Part shown: positions 21,118-31,161 of the stretch, piece by piece
How positions within the stretch are numbered: the stretch's first letter is position 1
How the letters are laid out: every line of letters begins with the position of its first letter
Sequence record: DRR378314_843
Length of the DNA stretch: 61,234 nucleotides
Reading direction: 5' to 3' (one strand)
Made by a program: the position numbers and the translations under genes
Notes under the pieces: generated by a model
Seen by the model: only the letters and a program-made list of their open reading frames with translations
The model's database searches: none
Told to the model about the DNA's origin: nothing

Positions 21118-21867
21118 ATGCCAGACACGCCTGCCCTCTCTGTCCTGATCCCGTTCTTCAATGAAGAAGGCAATGTGCACCCGGTCATCGACGAGGTGCA
21201 CGAGCAACTCGCGGGCATCAGTTTCGAGATTGTCTGCGTGAATGATTGCTCGTCCGACGCCACCGAACTGGAGTTGGCCGAAGCCAAGGCGAAACACCCG
21301 GATACCGTGGTCGTGTTCAATCACGTTGAACGCAGGGGCAAGTCAGCGGCCCTGTTCACTGGTTTGAAGTCCGTTCGGGGCCAGTGGGTACAGCTGCTGG
21401 ATGGCGACGGCCAGAACGATCCAGCGGACACAGCACGGCTCTGGAAGACCATCATTGTACCCGGCGCGTCGCCCCGGCTCGGCATCATTGCGGGCAAACG
21501 CAACAGCCGGAATGATTCCGGCTTCAAATGGCTGCAATCGCGGGTCGCAAATGGTGTGCGCCGTTTCGTGCTGCAGGACGATGCGACCGACACTGGCTGC
21601 GGCTGGAAGCTGATCCGGACTGAAGCCTTCCGGGACCTGCCCTTCTTCGCCTCCATGCACCGTTTCCTGCCTGCCCTGATCAAGCGGGCCGGATGGGATG
21701 TACGTGAAGAAATGGTGAATGACCGAAAGCGTCTGGCTGGCGAGTCCAAGTATGGCTTTCTGGGCCGTCTGGGCGCTGGCATTTTCGATCTGATCGGCAT
21801 GTTCTGGCTGATCCGCCGCGGCGGATACGGCATCGCCCGCGAGTGGCACGACCCGCGGGCGAATTAA
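21118..21867 (+). CDS. Glycosyltransferase family 2 (dolichol-phosphate mannosyltransferase-like)
   Basis: SVLIPFFNEE, VNDCSSD, LDGDGQNDP, DTGCGWK and MHRFLP motifs. Confidence 0.9.
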   Translation: MPDTPALSVLIPFFNEEGNVHPVIDEVHEQLAGISFEIVCVNDCSSDATELELAEAKAKHPDTVVVFNHVERRGKSAALFTGLKSVRGQWVQLLDGDGQNDPADTARLWKTIIVPGASPRLGIIAGKRNSRNDSGFKWLQSRVANGVRRFVLQDDATDTGCGWKLIRTEAFRDLPFFASMHRFLPALIKRAGWDVREEMVNDRKRLAGESKYGFLGRLGAGIFDLIGMFWLIRRGGYGIAREWHDPRAN

Positions 21868-21885
21868 CAGCCTGACCGCCTAACT

Positions 21886-23526
21886 CTAGTTCTTGTGAAC
21901 CTCACCGCCGCCGCGATTGCGGAGGGCTTTGGGCATATTGTTCGAGCGCTGCTGTTGCTGCGGGCGCGGCTGGGGCTGCGGCCGAGGCTGTGAACGCTGT
22001 TGCGGTGCGGCACGTTGCGGCTGGCGCTGGACCTGAGGTCGGGCCTGGCGCTGAGGTCGGGTCTGTTGCACTGCTGGCTGGCGAACCTGTTGCCGTTGTT
22101 GCGGGCGCGGGCGGCTTTGCTGCTGCACGCGAGGGCGTTCCTGACGGCGTGGCTGGGCATTCTGAGGCGCTTTTGGACGCTGGCCCATGTCTACGCGTTG
22201 TGGCTGCCGCGGCGTTGTCGTCGGGCGTCGCTCTGTCTCGACCCGTGTGCGCGGTGTCGCAATCTGTCGCCGAGGCGTCGCGTTTTGTCGCGCACGGTTC
22301 GTATCCTGTCGCTGGATATCGCGGCGGTCTGGCTGGACGGCGCGCACATTTGGTCGGGGGCGCTGCGGCGAGCCAATATTTGCCTTCTGAGGCGCACGCA
22401 CCGGCGCAGCATTGTGCGGACGGCGAACAGGCGTTTTCCCGGCACCATTCGGCCCGCCTGCCAGAGCATTGGGTTTTGACGGAGTGACAGCCTGAACATT
22501 TCCACCGCTACGGCCACCGCGATCCCCGCGGTCACCATCTCCACGATCGTTCCGGCCATCATGGCGGCCATCACCAGGACGGTCGCCCCGCCCTCCCCGA
22601 TCGCCGCGCGGAACGTCGCCCACCGGCCGGATGGAGGAGATATTGTCGTTCAGGCGCAGGCCATTCAGGCGAGAAGTCGATGCGTCGACGATCTGGCACC
22701 GGCCCCGGAAATTGGCGTGTTCGCACACTTCCCATTTGCCGGAATTGATACGCAGCGACGACACATTGTCGTTGAAGCGATAGCGGCTGAGATCGGAAAT
22801 GCCCTTGTTCAGACCAAGCGACGCGCCGCGTTCATAGGAATCCGTGTACAGCGTCACAGCGCCATTGCGCGCGCCATAATGACCTTTCAGCGGCTTGTGC
22901 CGGGTCTTGTAATGACGGTGGCGACCATAATTCGGATTGGCGCCATACCGCGTCCAGCCAAAGCCATAGGGACCGTGACCAAGCCCCGGATTATAGTAGC
23001 CATAGCTGCGATAATGCGGGGAATAGCCATAGTGATACACGCTGACCCGCGTGCTGCTGCCGTAGCCATAGCTGTAATCATCATAGCCATAGCGCGCATT
23101 GTCGGCATAGCGGATGTATCCGGACCGGTCGCGATTGAACATCAGGCCATGCTCGGCCTCAGTGTATTCATAGATCGGACGGACCGACGTCAGCTCGCCA
23201 TCAAGGCCATACCAGCCCAAATCCTGCACATCGCCGCGAATGAACACACAGCGCCCCGTGAAGTCGCTATGCTCGCAGAGCTCCCACGCGCCGGACAGCA
23301 CGGCCACAGATTGCGCCCGGTCATTGAAGTAATAGTCGTGAAGGGTCGATACCGGCTCGAACACTTCGCGGACCTCTCCGCGGAAATCCTCGCCCGTGAA
23401 CAGCATCAGCCCGGCTGGCTGGGGGTCCGTCTCGTATTGCGCAGCAGCCGTTCCCGCGACAGCGAGCGGGATGGCTAAGGTCGCGCCAAGGCGTATCAGA
23501 CTGGCAAGCATGGGCATGTCCCTCAT
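21886..23526 (-). CDS. Secreted beta/gamma-crystallin domain protein with a Tyr/Gly linker and a Q/R/P-rich tail
   Basis: Repeats FNDRAQSV..SGAWELCEHSDFTGRC and FNDNVSSL..GKWEVCEHANFRGRC; signal peptide. Start uncertain. Confidence 0.85.
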   Translation of the reverse strand: MRDMPMLASLIRLGATLAIPLAVAGTAAAQYETDPQPAGLMLFTGEDFRGEVREVFEPVSTLHDYYFNDRAQSVAVLSGAWELCEHSDFTGRCVFIRGDVQDLGWYGLDGELTSVRPIYEYTEAEHGLMFNRDRSGYIRYADNARYGYDDYSYGYGSSTRVSVYHYGYSPHYRSYGYYNPGLGHGPYGFGWTRYGANPNYGRHRHYKTRHKPLKGHYGARNGAVTLYTDSYERGASLGLNKGISDLSRYRFNDNVSSLRINSGKWEVCEHANFRGRCQIVDASTSRLNGLRLNDNISSIRPVGDVPRGDRGGRGDRPGDGRHDGRNDRGDGDRGDRGGRSGGNVQAVTPSKPNALAGGPNGAGKTPVRRPHNAAPVRAPQKANIGSPQRPRPNVRAVQPDRRDIQRQDTNRARQNATPRRQIATPRTRVETERRPTTTPRQPQRVDMGQRPKAPQNAQPRRQERPRVQQQSRPRPQQRQQVRQPAVQQTRPQRQARPQVQRQPQRAAPQQRSQPRPQPQPRPQQQQRSNNMPKALRNRGGGEVHKN

Positions 23527-23577
23527 TCGTCTCGCAGTCTTTATGACAGAGCCAGCCTGAACAAGCGGCAACATGGA

Positions 23578-24129
23578 TCAGTCGGCGCGGTCGCCCTCTT
23601 CTGCCGGGGCGGCCCAGTCTTCCAGAGTGGGGATAACAATACGGCCCGCCGCCAGGTCGACCGTCGGCACATCTGCCAGCGTGAACGGCACGAGCACAGT
23701 GTCGCCTCCGACGGAGAGGCGAACTTCAAGCAGATCGTCTGCGCCGAAATTCTGTACGGCCTTCACGCGGCCTGCAGGCTCGCTGCCCCCGGAATAGACC
23801 TTCAGGCCAACCAGGTCTTCGATGTAGAATTCGTCGTCTTCGGTGTCCGGCAATTGCGCGCGCGGCACGTGCAGCAGCGTACCGCGCAGGCCGTCCCAGT
23901 CTTCCTTCTGTTTCTGCTCTTTCGGGCGGACGATGAAATGGTCCTTGCCCGGCCGCGCCGAAACCGGCGTCAGCACGGGCTTTCCGCTCTCATCCACCAG
24001 CGCGCCATAGGTGAACACATCATCCGGGTCTGCGGTGAAACTCTTCACGCGCACATCGCCGCGCACGCCATGCGCGCCCTTGATGACGCCTACAACGATC
24101 AGTCGGTCAGGATTGGAAGTTTCGCTCAT
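23578..24129 (-). CDS. rimM: Ribosome maturation factor RimM
   Basis: GAHGVRGDV, DEFYIEDLVGL and NFGADDLLEV motifs. Confidence 0.95.
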   Translation of the reverse strand: MSETSNPDRLIVVGVIKGAHGVRGDVRVKSFTADPDDVFTYGALVDESGKPVLTPVSARPGKDHFIVRPKEQKQKEDWDGLRGTLLHVPRAQLPDTEDDEFYIEDLVGLKVYSGGSEPAGRVKAVQNFGADDLLEVRLSVGGDTVLVPFTLADVPTVDLAAGRIVIPTLEDWAAPAEEGDRAD

Positions 24130-24179
24130 CCCGCCTCTCTAGCGGGCGGGATGAGGAGTGCAAGCGGTCAAGCGCCGTT

Positions 24180-24845
24180 CTAGCGCCAGCCGCGATAGGC
24201 CCGGATGGACGAGATGTTGTCATTCATCCGGATCGGTTTCAGGTCGCCTGCCCCGGCCTGGAGGACTTCGCAACGACCCCGGAAGTTCGCATGTTCGCAG
24301 ACCTGCCACGTACCGCCCGTGATCAGGAACGAGCTGGCGCGGTCATTGAAGCGATACTGGCTGAGGTCTGCCACATCATGGCTTATCTCGATGGCCTGGC
24401 CGCGCTGGGCCGAATCCTGGAACAGGACGAGTTCGCCACCCCGTCTGCCCCGATGACCCTTGCCGCGATCCCCGCGATAGGAAACGGGACGCAGGGAAGA
24501 GATATTATCGTTCAACCGATAGGCATTCAGGCGCGCGGTGGATGAATCCACGATTTCGCACCGGCCCCGGAAATTTGCATCGGTACACAGCTCCCACGCG
24601 CCGGAGCGGAGCGTGATGGAAGAGGCCCGGTCATTGAAGCGCAGGCGCGACAGGTCTGGCTCTGCGCCATTGATACGCACGCCCGCGCCGGAAAAGCGCG
24701 CATCGGCATGCAGGATCACCCCGCCTCCGCCGCCACGATAAGAGGCATCTTGATACCTGCCCCAGTCCGCGCTGGCCGGAAGGGCAAACGCCGCCACGCC
24801 AAGCATGGCCAGGGGAAGGCTTTTGGAAAATGGTGTCTTCAGCAT
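24180..24845 (-). CDS. Secreted beta/gamma-crystallin domain protein
   Basis: Signal peptide; two units FNDRASS...G.W.(L/V)C..ANFRGRC...NDNISS. Confidence 0.88.
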   Translation of the reverse strand: MLKTPFSKSLPLAMLGVAAFALPASADWGRYQDASYRGGGGGVILHADARFSGAGVRINGAEPDLSRLRFNDRASSITLRSGAWELCTDANFRGRCEIVDSSTARLNAYRLNDNISSLRPVSYRGDRGKGHRGRRGGELVLFQDSAQRGQAIEISHDVADLSQYRFNDRASSFLITGGTWQVCEHANFRGRCEVLQAGAGDLKPIRMNDNISSIRAYRGWR

Positions 24846-24943
24846 GTCGGGTCTCCTTTCGAGTCAGGCTCGTTTTAGAAGACACGATCTGAACGCCGAT
24901 CTGGTTCCCTGTTGTCTTTCGTTCAGTCTTTGCTGCGCACACG

Positions 24944-24975
24944 AAAAAGGCCGGCACCCGCAAGGGGCACCGGCC
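24944..24975 (-). terminator. Intrinsic terminator after rpsP
   Basis: Minus strand GGCCGG-TGCCCCTTGCGGGTG-CCGGCC followed by TTTTT. Confidence 0.7.
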
Positions 24976-25000
24976 ATATCCCGAGACTGGAAAGCCAGTC

Positions 25001-25432
25001 TTATTCCGAAGCCGCTTCCTCTGCCGGCGCTTCTTCAGCAGCCGGGGCTTCTTCTGCGGCAGCAGCAGCTTCAGCAGCGTCAGCCGCTTTCTGAGCTTTC
25101 TCTTCTGCGCGCTCTTTCGCTTTTTTGCCTGGCTCACCCTTGTTCGGGTTGTTGCCATGCTTCCACTCTACGAGTGGCTTGCCGTCAACTTCGATCTGGG
25201 ACAGGAAGCGTGCAACACGCTCCGTCGGCTGAGCGCCTTTGCGCAGCCATTCAGAAGCCTTCTCGGCGTCGATCTGAACGCGGGCTTCGGAATCTTTCGG
25301 AAGGCGCGGATCATAGGAACCGATTTTCTCAACGAAGCGACCGTCGCGGGGGGCGCGGGCATCTGCGATGACAACGGAATAGAAAGGGCGTTTCTTGGAC
25401 CCGCCACGGGCGAGTCGGATCTTGAGGGCCAT
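25001..25432 (-). CDS. rpsP: 30S ribosomal protein S16
   Basis: [33 protein letters not shown] and GAQPTERV motifs. Confidence 0.97.
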   Translation of the reverse strand: MALKIRLARGGSKKRPFYSVVIADARAPRDGRFVEKIGSYDPRLPKDSEARVQIDAEKASEWLRKGAQPTERVARFLSQIEVDGKPLVEWKHGNNPNKGEPGKKAKERAEEKAQKAADAAEAAAAAEEAPAAEEAPAEEAASE

Positions 25433-25473
25433 GAGTGTATCTCCTGTAAGTCTGGCGTCTCGGGGTTCGTAGT

Positions 25474-25791
25474 CTAATCGTCGGTCTCGAGACCGCGAAT
25501 TTGCTCATGATGGCGGATCACTTCCGCCACGATGAAATTCAAAAGCTTTTCGGCGAATGCCGGATCAAGCCCGCTCTCCTGTGCCAGTCGGCGCAGGCGA
25601 TCAATCTGTTTTGCCTCGCGGTCTTTGTCCGCAGGCGGCATATTGTGGACGGCTTTCAGCTTGCCGACTTCCTGGGTCGCCTTAAAGCGCTCTGCCAGGG
25701 TGTGGATGATAATCGCATCCAGATTGTCGATGCTGGAGCGCAACTTGGTCAGCTGCAGCAGGGCAAGTGCGTCGGTCGTGTCAGTGTTCAT
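25474..25791 (-). CDS. Chorismate mutase (AroQ)
   Basis: LRSSIDNLD...LAERF...VGKLK...DKDRE; typical position between ffh and rpsP. Confidence 0.9.
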   Translation of the reverse strand: MNTDTTDALALLQLTKLRSSIDNLDAIIIHTLAERFKATQEVGKLKAVHNMPPADKDREAKQIDRLRRLAQESGLDPAFAEKLLNFIVAEVIRHHEQIRGLETDD

Positions 25792-27260
25792 TTCTTCTTC
25801 CCTCCGCCGAGTCCCGGCAGTCCGCCCATGCCGGATGGCAATCCGCCGCCGCCAAGGCCCGGCAGGCTGCCACCAGCGCCGCCCATCTTGGCAAGGTCAG
25901 CTGGCGACACGCCTGCGGCCTGCGCCATGTTCATCATGTTCTTCATGCCACCCTTGGTGCGCATCTTCTTCATCATGCCGGCCATCTGCTGGTGCATCTT
26001 CAGCACCTTGTTGACCTCCTGCACGGTGACGCCAGCGCCCGCAGCAATCCGTTTACGGCGCGATGCATTCAGGATGGCAGGCTTGCGACGCTCGGCGCGC
26101 GTCATGGACAGGATGATCGCTTCCTGACGCTTCAGTACATTGTCGTCCAGATTGGCGGATTCCATTGCGGCCTTCGCCTTGCGGGCGCCGGGCAGCATGC
26201 CCATCAGGCCGCCAAGGCCGCCCATGCGCTGCATCTGGCGGAACTGCTCCGCCATGTCTTCAAGGTCGAATTCGCCCTTGCGGAGTTTCTCCGCCATGCG
26301 CTCGGCCTTTTCGGCGTCCATCTGCTCGGCGGCTTTTTCGACCAGAGAGACGATGTCCCCCTGCCCCAGAATGCGGCCAGCAACACGCTTGGCATCGAAG
26401 GCGTCCAGCCCGTCCAGCTTTTCGCCAACGCCCATGAACTTGATCGGCAGGCCGGTGACGGCGCGCATGGAAAGCGCCGCACCGCCGCGGCCATCACCAT
26501 CCATCCGCGTCAGGACAAGTCCTGTCAGCGGCAGGCGGGCATGGAAACGGCTGGCAGTTTCCACCGCATCCTGACCGGTCAGCGCATCGGCCACCAGAAG
26601 TGTTTCAGACGGGGTCGCGATATCCGCGATCTCCGCCACTTCATTCATCATCTGCTCGTCGATCGTCGTCCGACCGGCGGTGTCGAGGATGAGGACGTCA
26701 TAGCCGGAGATCTTCGCGGCGTTCAGCGCGCGGCGGGCAATGTCTGCAGGCAGCTGGCCTTCAATGATCGGCAGCGCGCTGACATTCTCGTTGCACTGGT
26801 CAGCCAGGATGGCCAGCTGTTCCATCGCTGCCGGGCGGCGCGTGTCGAGCGAGGCGAGCAGGACGCGCTTGCGGTCTTTCTCCGACAGGCGCTTGGCCAG
26901 CTTGCCGGTCGTCGTCGTCTTACCGGAACCCTGAAGACCCGCCATCATGATGATCGCCGGCGGGCTGTCGATGCGCAGGCTGGTGTCGGCTTCTTCGCCG
27001 CCGAGCATGTCGACCAGCGCGTCATAGACAATCTTGATGACCTGCTGGCCGGGCTTCACAGAGCGGATGACTTCCTCACCGACCGCGCGATTGCGCACGC
27101 CATCGATGAAGTCCTTCACGACAGGAAGCGCGACATCAGCCTCCAGAAGGGCAACACGGATTTCGCGCAGCGCCGCGTTCACGTCCTTTTCAGACAGTGC
27201 ACCGCGGCCGGTCAGGCCGTCGAAAATTCCACCAAGGCGTTCGCTCAGCGTGTCGAACAT
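25788..27260 (-). CDS. ffh: Signal recognition particle protein Ffh
   Basis: ALLEADV, GLQGSGKTTT, DTAGR, DGDGRGGAALS and Met-rich M domain (SRRKRIAAGAG). Confidence 0.98.
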   Translation of the reverse strand: MFDTLSERLGGIFDGLTGRGALSEKDVNAALREIRVALLEADVALPVVKDFIDGVRNRAVGEEVIRSVKPGQQVIKIVYDALVDMLGGEEADTSLRIDSPPAIIMMAGLQGSGKTTTTGKLAKRLSEKDRKRVLLASLDTRRPAAMEQLAILADQCNENVSALPIIEGQLPADIARRALNAAKISGYDVLILDTAGRTTIDEQMMNEVAEIADIATPSETLLVADALTGQDAVETASRFHARLPLTGLVLTRMDGDGRGGAALSMRAVTGLPIKFMGVGEKLDGLDAFDAKRVAGRILGQGDIVSLVEKAAEQMDAEKAERMAEKLRKGEFDLEDMAEQFRQMQRMGGLGGLMGMLPGARKAKAAMESANLDDNVLKRQEAIILSMTRAERRKPAILNASRRKRIAAGAGVTVQEVNKVLKMHQQMAGMMKKMRTKGGMKNMMNMAQAAGVSPADLAKMGGAGGSLPGLGGGGLPSGMGGLPGLGGGKKK

Positions 27261-27320
27261 CTTTGTCGCTCCTTTGCCGTCTGCCAGAGAGCCTGACATA
27301 GGCGATCAATTCCATTGCAC

Positions 27321-27390
27321 AAAGCAGAAGTGCCCCGCTGAGCGACACTTCGCCGGGCGGGGGGCCTCGCTGACCTCACGGGATCAGTCA
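27321..27390 (-). ncRNA. Putative ffh leader RNA
   Basis: The 5' UTR reads GATCCCGTGAGGTCAGCGA...GAAGTG-TCGCTCAGCGGGG-CACTTC. This resembles the alphaproteobacterial ffh leader as I recall it; not searched. Confidence 0.55.
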
Positions 27391-27452
27391 AAGCGCGCTT
27401 TTCAGAATTTGCGCAGATGTTCGCGCGCCTAAAGCATGCGGGGGGCCCGGCG

Positions 27453-28055
27453 TCAAGCGAGTTGCAGCGCCCGGACCCTGTCTCGCAAAACGCTGATCGC
27501 CGCTTTGATCTCTTCCCCCACCAGGCTGAGAACGACCATATTGGCCCAGCTGCCGCCAGCGGTGCGCATATAATTGCGGATCAGGCCTTCGCGCTGGGCG
27601 CCGATCTTGGTGAAGGAGCGAATGGCGCGCTCGTTCCGTTCCGGCACGAAATAGGAGATCCGGCGAAACCGCGCCTCCTGTGCGCGCTCCAGCAATGCCA
27701 GTTGAGTTGCGGGCACAACGGCCGTGCCGCGATATTTTTCCGGATGCCAGACAAAGCCGATCTCCAGCCGGCGATGCGTCCGCGAGACCCGCTCGAACGC
27801 GGCGAGGCCGGCAAACTCCCCGGTCGCCTTGTCCACCACGTAGAAGGGATAGAACGTGTCCGTGCCCTTAAGGTCCAGGCTGTAGTCCAAATAGGCTTCA
27901 AGACTGGTGCCGGTCGGCATGACGGGCATCCATTCCCACATGGATTCAGCCACTTCGGTCGCCAGCACAGTCGGCTTGTGCTCCGCCGTGAGAATCTCCA
28001 GGCGAACCACATCATTCTCCGGGGCCGGGTTGGAGAGGTTCATAATCTGGATCAT
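27453..28055 (-). CDS. GNAT family N-acetyltransferase (RimJ/RimL-like)
   Basis: RRLEIGFVW, NERAIRSFTKIGAQREGLIR motifs. Confidence 0.85.
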   Translation of the reverse strand: MIQIMNLSNPAPENDVVRLEILTAEHKPTVLATEVAESMWEWMPVMPTGTSLEAYLDYSLDLKGTDTFYPFYVVDKATGEFAGLAAFERVSRTHRRLEIGFVWHPEKYRGTAVVPATQLALLERAQEARFRRISYFVPERNERAIRSFTKIGAQREGLIRNYMRTAGGSWANMVVLSLVGEEIKAAISVLRDRVRALQLA

Positions 28056-28143
28056 TAGGGCGAAGGCCCGGCATGGCAAGAAAAACCATACCAGGCCCAT
28101 ACAGTTCTATTTCGGTACTACAAAGCGAGTTCCAATTTGGAAT

Positions 28144-30324
28144 TTATTGGGAATCTTCGCTGTCGAACAGTTGACGCGCCAGATAGGTGAACTCCAACGC
28201 AGACCGTTTTGCCCGTGCCTTCTGGTTCGCCGCAGCAGAATGCCCCCCATCGATGTTCTCGTAGTAGAAAAAGGGCAGCCCGGCCGCTTCGAATTTCGCC
28301 GCCATCTTGCGTGCATGCCCCGGATGCACACGATCGTCCTTGGTGGAGGTCACAAAGAACGGCACCGGGTAATCCTTGGACGCGTCAAAATTCTGGTAAG
28401 GTGAAATCGTCTCAAGGAAGGCGCGCTCTTCCGGAATGTCCGGCGACCCATACTCATCTACCCAGGAGGCGCCCGCCAGCAGCAGGTGATACCTCATCAT
28501 GTCCAGCAGTGGCACCTGAACGACAACGGCATTCCAGAGATCCGGGCGCTGGTTCAGCATAACGCCCATAAGCAAGCCGCCATTCGAGCCACCCATGATG
28601 CCGAGATGCTCAGGAGACGTAACGCCGCGCGCCACCAGGTCTTCCCCGACAGAGATGAAATCATCATAGATGCGCTGGCGGTTCTGCTTCAGGCCCGCCT
28701 GGTGCCAGGCCGGACCGAACTCGCCGCCGCCACGAATATTGGCCAGTACATATGCCCCACCTTTCTCCAGCCAGAGCCGTCCGGCCACCGGGCTATAGGA
28801 TGGGTTCATCGACACCTGAAAACCGCCATAGGCATAGAGCAGCGTCGGTGTGCTGCCGTCCAGCGGCATGTCTTTCTTGCTGACAAGGAAGTACGGGACC
28901 TTTGTGCCATCCTTCGACGTCGCAAAGTGCTGCGTCACCTTCAGGTCGCTGGCATCGAATTTCGGCGGCAGGCTTTTCAGCGTGACGACATCTCCCGTCG
29001 TCGCATTATAGGACAGCAGTGAGTCTGGCGTCAGGAAGTCTTCGTAATTGATGAAGACTGTTTCTTCCTCATCGCTGGCGAACGCGATGCTTGCCTGCCC
29101 CGCGCCCGGCAGTTCGACTGCAGACAATGTCCAGCCATCGGCGCCCGCCTCGGCGCGCATCACCTTGCCAACCGCCGTATCGCTGACCCCCAGCAGAAGC
29201 GCGCCCTTGGCGACAGATACGCCTTCAAGGGCCTGTGTTTCGCTCGGATGGAAGACAAGTGACACAGGCGGCAAAGCCCGCGACTCGAGAAATGCATCAA
29301 GATCGAACGCGACCAGATCGCCAGATTTGAACGTCGCCTCCTGCCTCTCAGGCGCCCAGTCTTCCTGCAACGTCACAAGCAACTGACCCTGATATACGCC
29401 GTACAGGGACGCCTTGGCTGGAACAGGGATTTGAACCGGGTCGCTCTCGTTTTCCGGGAACCACCAATAGCGCGTCGTGAAGAAGGTGTCGGCCTGTGAG
29501 GCGCCTTGCAGGACACGGCCATCTTCAAGCTCCAGCGTCATGGGCCACACGCCCACATCATCCGTCTCGCCACGGATCAGTTCTTCTGCTGTGTCCAGAT
29601 CTGTCCCGCGCTGCCAACGCTTGACGATGAAGGGATACCCGGAATCAGTCAGCGTGCCCTCGCCCCAATCGGTCGCGATCAACAGCGTATCAGGACCCGC
29701 CCAGGCTCCGCCCTGCTTGGCTTCGGGTGTGACAAAGCCATCTTCAATGAAGGTCTTCGTGGTCAGGTCAAACTCGCGGCGGATGATGGCATCCTTGCCG
29801 CCATTCGACAGCGACACCATACATTTGTAGCCTTCATCGCTGCCCTTCGGACGGAAACAGTCTGCGCCCTTGAAGACCCAGTTCTTGTCTTCCTCTTCGG
29901 CCAGCTTGTCGAAATCGAGAACGGTCTCCCAGTCCGGCGCATCGCTGGCGTAACTGTCCAGCGTCGTGCGCCGCCACAGGCCGCGTACATTTGTGTCATC
30001 CTGCCAGAAATTGTAGACCATCCCGTCACGGATCGATCCGTAGGGAATGCGCTCCGCCGAGGTCAGCGCCTCGATCGCGGCCGCCTCGTTTTCGGCATAG
30101 GCCGGATCGGCTTCCAGTGTGGCAAGTGACCGATCATTCTGTTGAGTGACCCAGGCCAGCGCCTCCTCCCCTTCAACCTCTTCCATCCAGAGATAAGGGT
30201 CTTGGGCCGCCGCCTCGGAGGCCTGCGAAGATGGTGTGGAATCTGCCAAGGAAGTCTCCGATGGGGTTTGGGTTTCACAGGCCGCAAAGGCCAGAATGCT
30301 GATTGCAGCCAGATAGGTACGCAT
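28144..30324 (-). CDS. Prolyl oligopeptidase (S9A), lipoprotein
   Basis: FAAC lipobox, DPYLWMEE, YGGF, GGSNGG (catalytic Ser), DDRVHP (Asp) and GGH (His). Confidence 0.95.
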   Translation of the reverse strand: MRTYLAAISILAFAACETQTPSETSLADSTPSSQASEAAAQDPYLWMEEVEGEEALAWVTQQNDRSLATLEADPAYAENEAAAIEALTSAERIPYGSIRDGMVYNFWQDDTNVRGLWRRTTLDSYASDAPDWETVLDFDKLAEEEDKNWVFKGADCFRPKGSDEGYKCMVSLSNGGKDAIIRREFDLTTKTFIEDGFVTPEAKQGGAWAGPDTLLIATDWGEGTLTDSGYPFIVKRWQRGTDLDTAEELIRGETDDVGVWPMTLELEDGRVLQGASQADTFFTTRYWWFPENESDPVQIPVPAKASLYGVYQGQLLVTLQEDWAPERQEATFKSGDLVAFDLDAFLESRALPPVSLVFHPSETQALEGVSVAKGALLLGVSDTAVGKVMRAEAGADGWTLSAVELPGAGQASIAFASDEEETVFINYEDFLTPDSLLSYNATTGDVVTLKSLPPKFDASDLKVTQHFATSKDGTKVPYFLVSKKDMPLDGSTPTLLYAYGGFQVSMNPSYSPVAGRLWLEKGGAYVLANIRGGGEFGPAWHQAGLKQNRQRIYDDFISVGEDLVARGVTSPEHLGIMGGSNGGLLMGVMLNQRPDLWNAVVVQVPLLDMMRYHLLLAGASWVDEYGSPDIPEERAFLETISPYQNFDASKDYPVPFFVTSTKDDRVHPGHARKMAAKFEAAGLPFFYYENIDGGHSAAANQKARAKRSALEFTYLARQLFDSEDSQ

Positions 30325-30447
30325 GATGTCTCCGAACAGGGGATGAGGTCTGCTGCAATAGATGTAACAGATGAACGAATTTTCCAGCGATCACCCTATC
30401 GAGACAGAAATTTCCTTCACCGCGACCAAACGGCGCGCAGATACGCC

Positions 30448-31029
30448 CTAATCAAGACGCTCGAAGACAATGCTTTCCACCAGCAAGGCGCGGGTTTTCT
30501 CCGGCACAACCGGACGGATGGCGAAGTAGTCAAACGCCTGGTCGCCGATGTGATCCGGCACAATGTACTCAAAGCTGAAATCCTCGAATTCCGGCTCCAG
30601 ATCGAATGTCTGCCAGCCGGAATCGCCATCCCGCCCGACGGAATAGATCAGCTTGGCCTGCATCGCGCCGCGCTGGTCTGCCGGACGCATACGCACCGTG
30701 CTGCGAATGCGGCGCCCGGAAAACTGCACTTCAAGATCACTGGCCAGCTGAAAATGCGGGCCCTCTTCCGGTTCTGGCCCGAGCATGCCAGCCTGAGCCT
30801 CTATAAAGAGCAGATAATCGCCATCTCCGTCTCGGACGAGTTCCGTCGTGGCGTCGCCACCAGCCACAACCTTGTTCAGGAAGGCGCCTTCGATCGTAAT
30901 CCGGTCGTAATTGACCCCGTCTCCTGTCACCGATCCATCCGGCAGGCGACCAAAGGCAGGCCAGATGGCGAGCAGCACCATTCCGACCAGAAGCAACAAG
31001 GCCAGTGGGAAAAAGATCCGATCTTTCAT
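30448..31029 (-). CDS. Hypothetical membrane-anchored periplasmic protein
   Basis: One N-terminal TM segment followed by a beta-rich domain. Confidence 0.65.
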   Translation of the reverse strand: MKDRIFFPLALLLLVGMVLLAIWPAFGRLPDGSVTGDGVNYDRITIEGAFLNKVVAGGDATTELVRDGDGDYLLFIEAQAGMLGPEPEEGPHFQLASDLEVQFSGRRIRSTVRMRPADQRGAMQAKLIYSVGRDGDSGWQTFDLEPEFEDFSFEYIVPDHIGDQAFDYFAIRPVVPEKTRALLVESIVFERLD

Positions 31030-31161
31030 CAGGCAAGGCACTCTTTCACAGTTGGGCCGCGTACACCGCTAGCCACGGACAAGCACTCCTGTTAGCAGGA
31101 AGCCGGGCGGTTTGGCGAGCCGTTGACGCTGCTTTGCATGAAATAAACGGGGGCGAGTTCC

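Noticed and set aside
21886-22620. Repetitive Q/R/P- and G/D/R-coding DNA as a tandem repeat element
   Set aside because: Explained by the low-complexity tail of the crystallin protein; no regular nucleotide period.
25767-27296. 509-aa plus-strand ORF, and similar long ORFs such as 14040-15266, 10033-11094, 18969-19985, 31069-32256 and 42399-43490
   Set aside because: These are antisense or alternate-frame shadows of well-supported genes in high-GC DNA, with no motifs.
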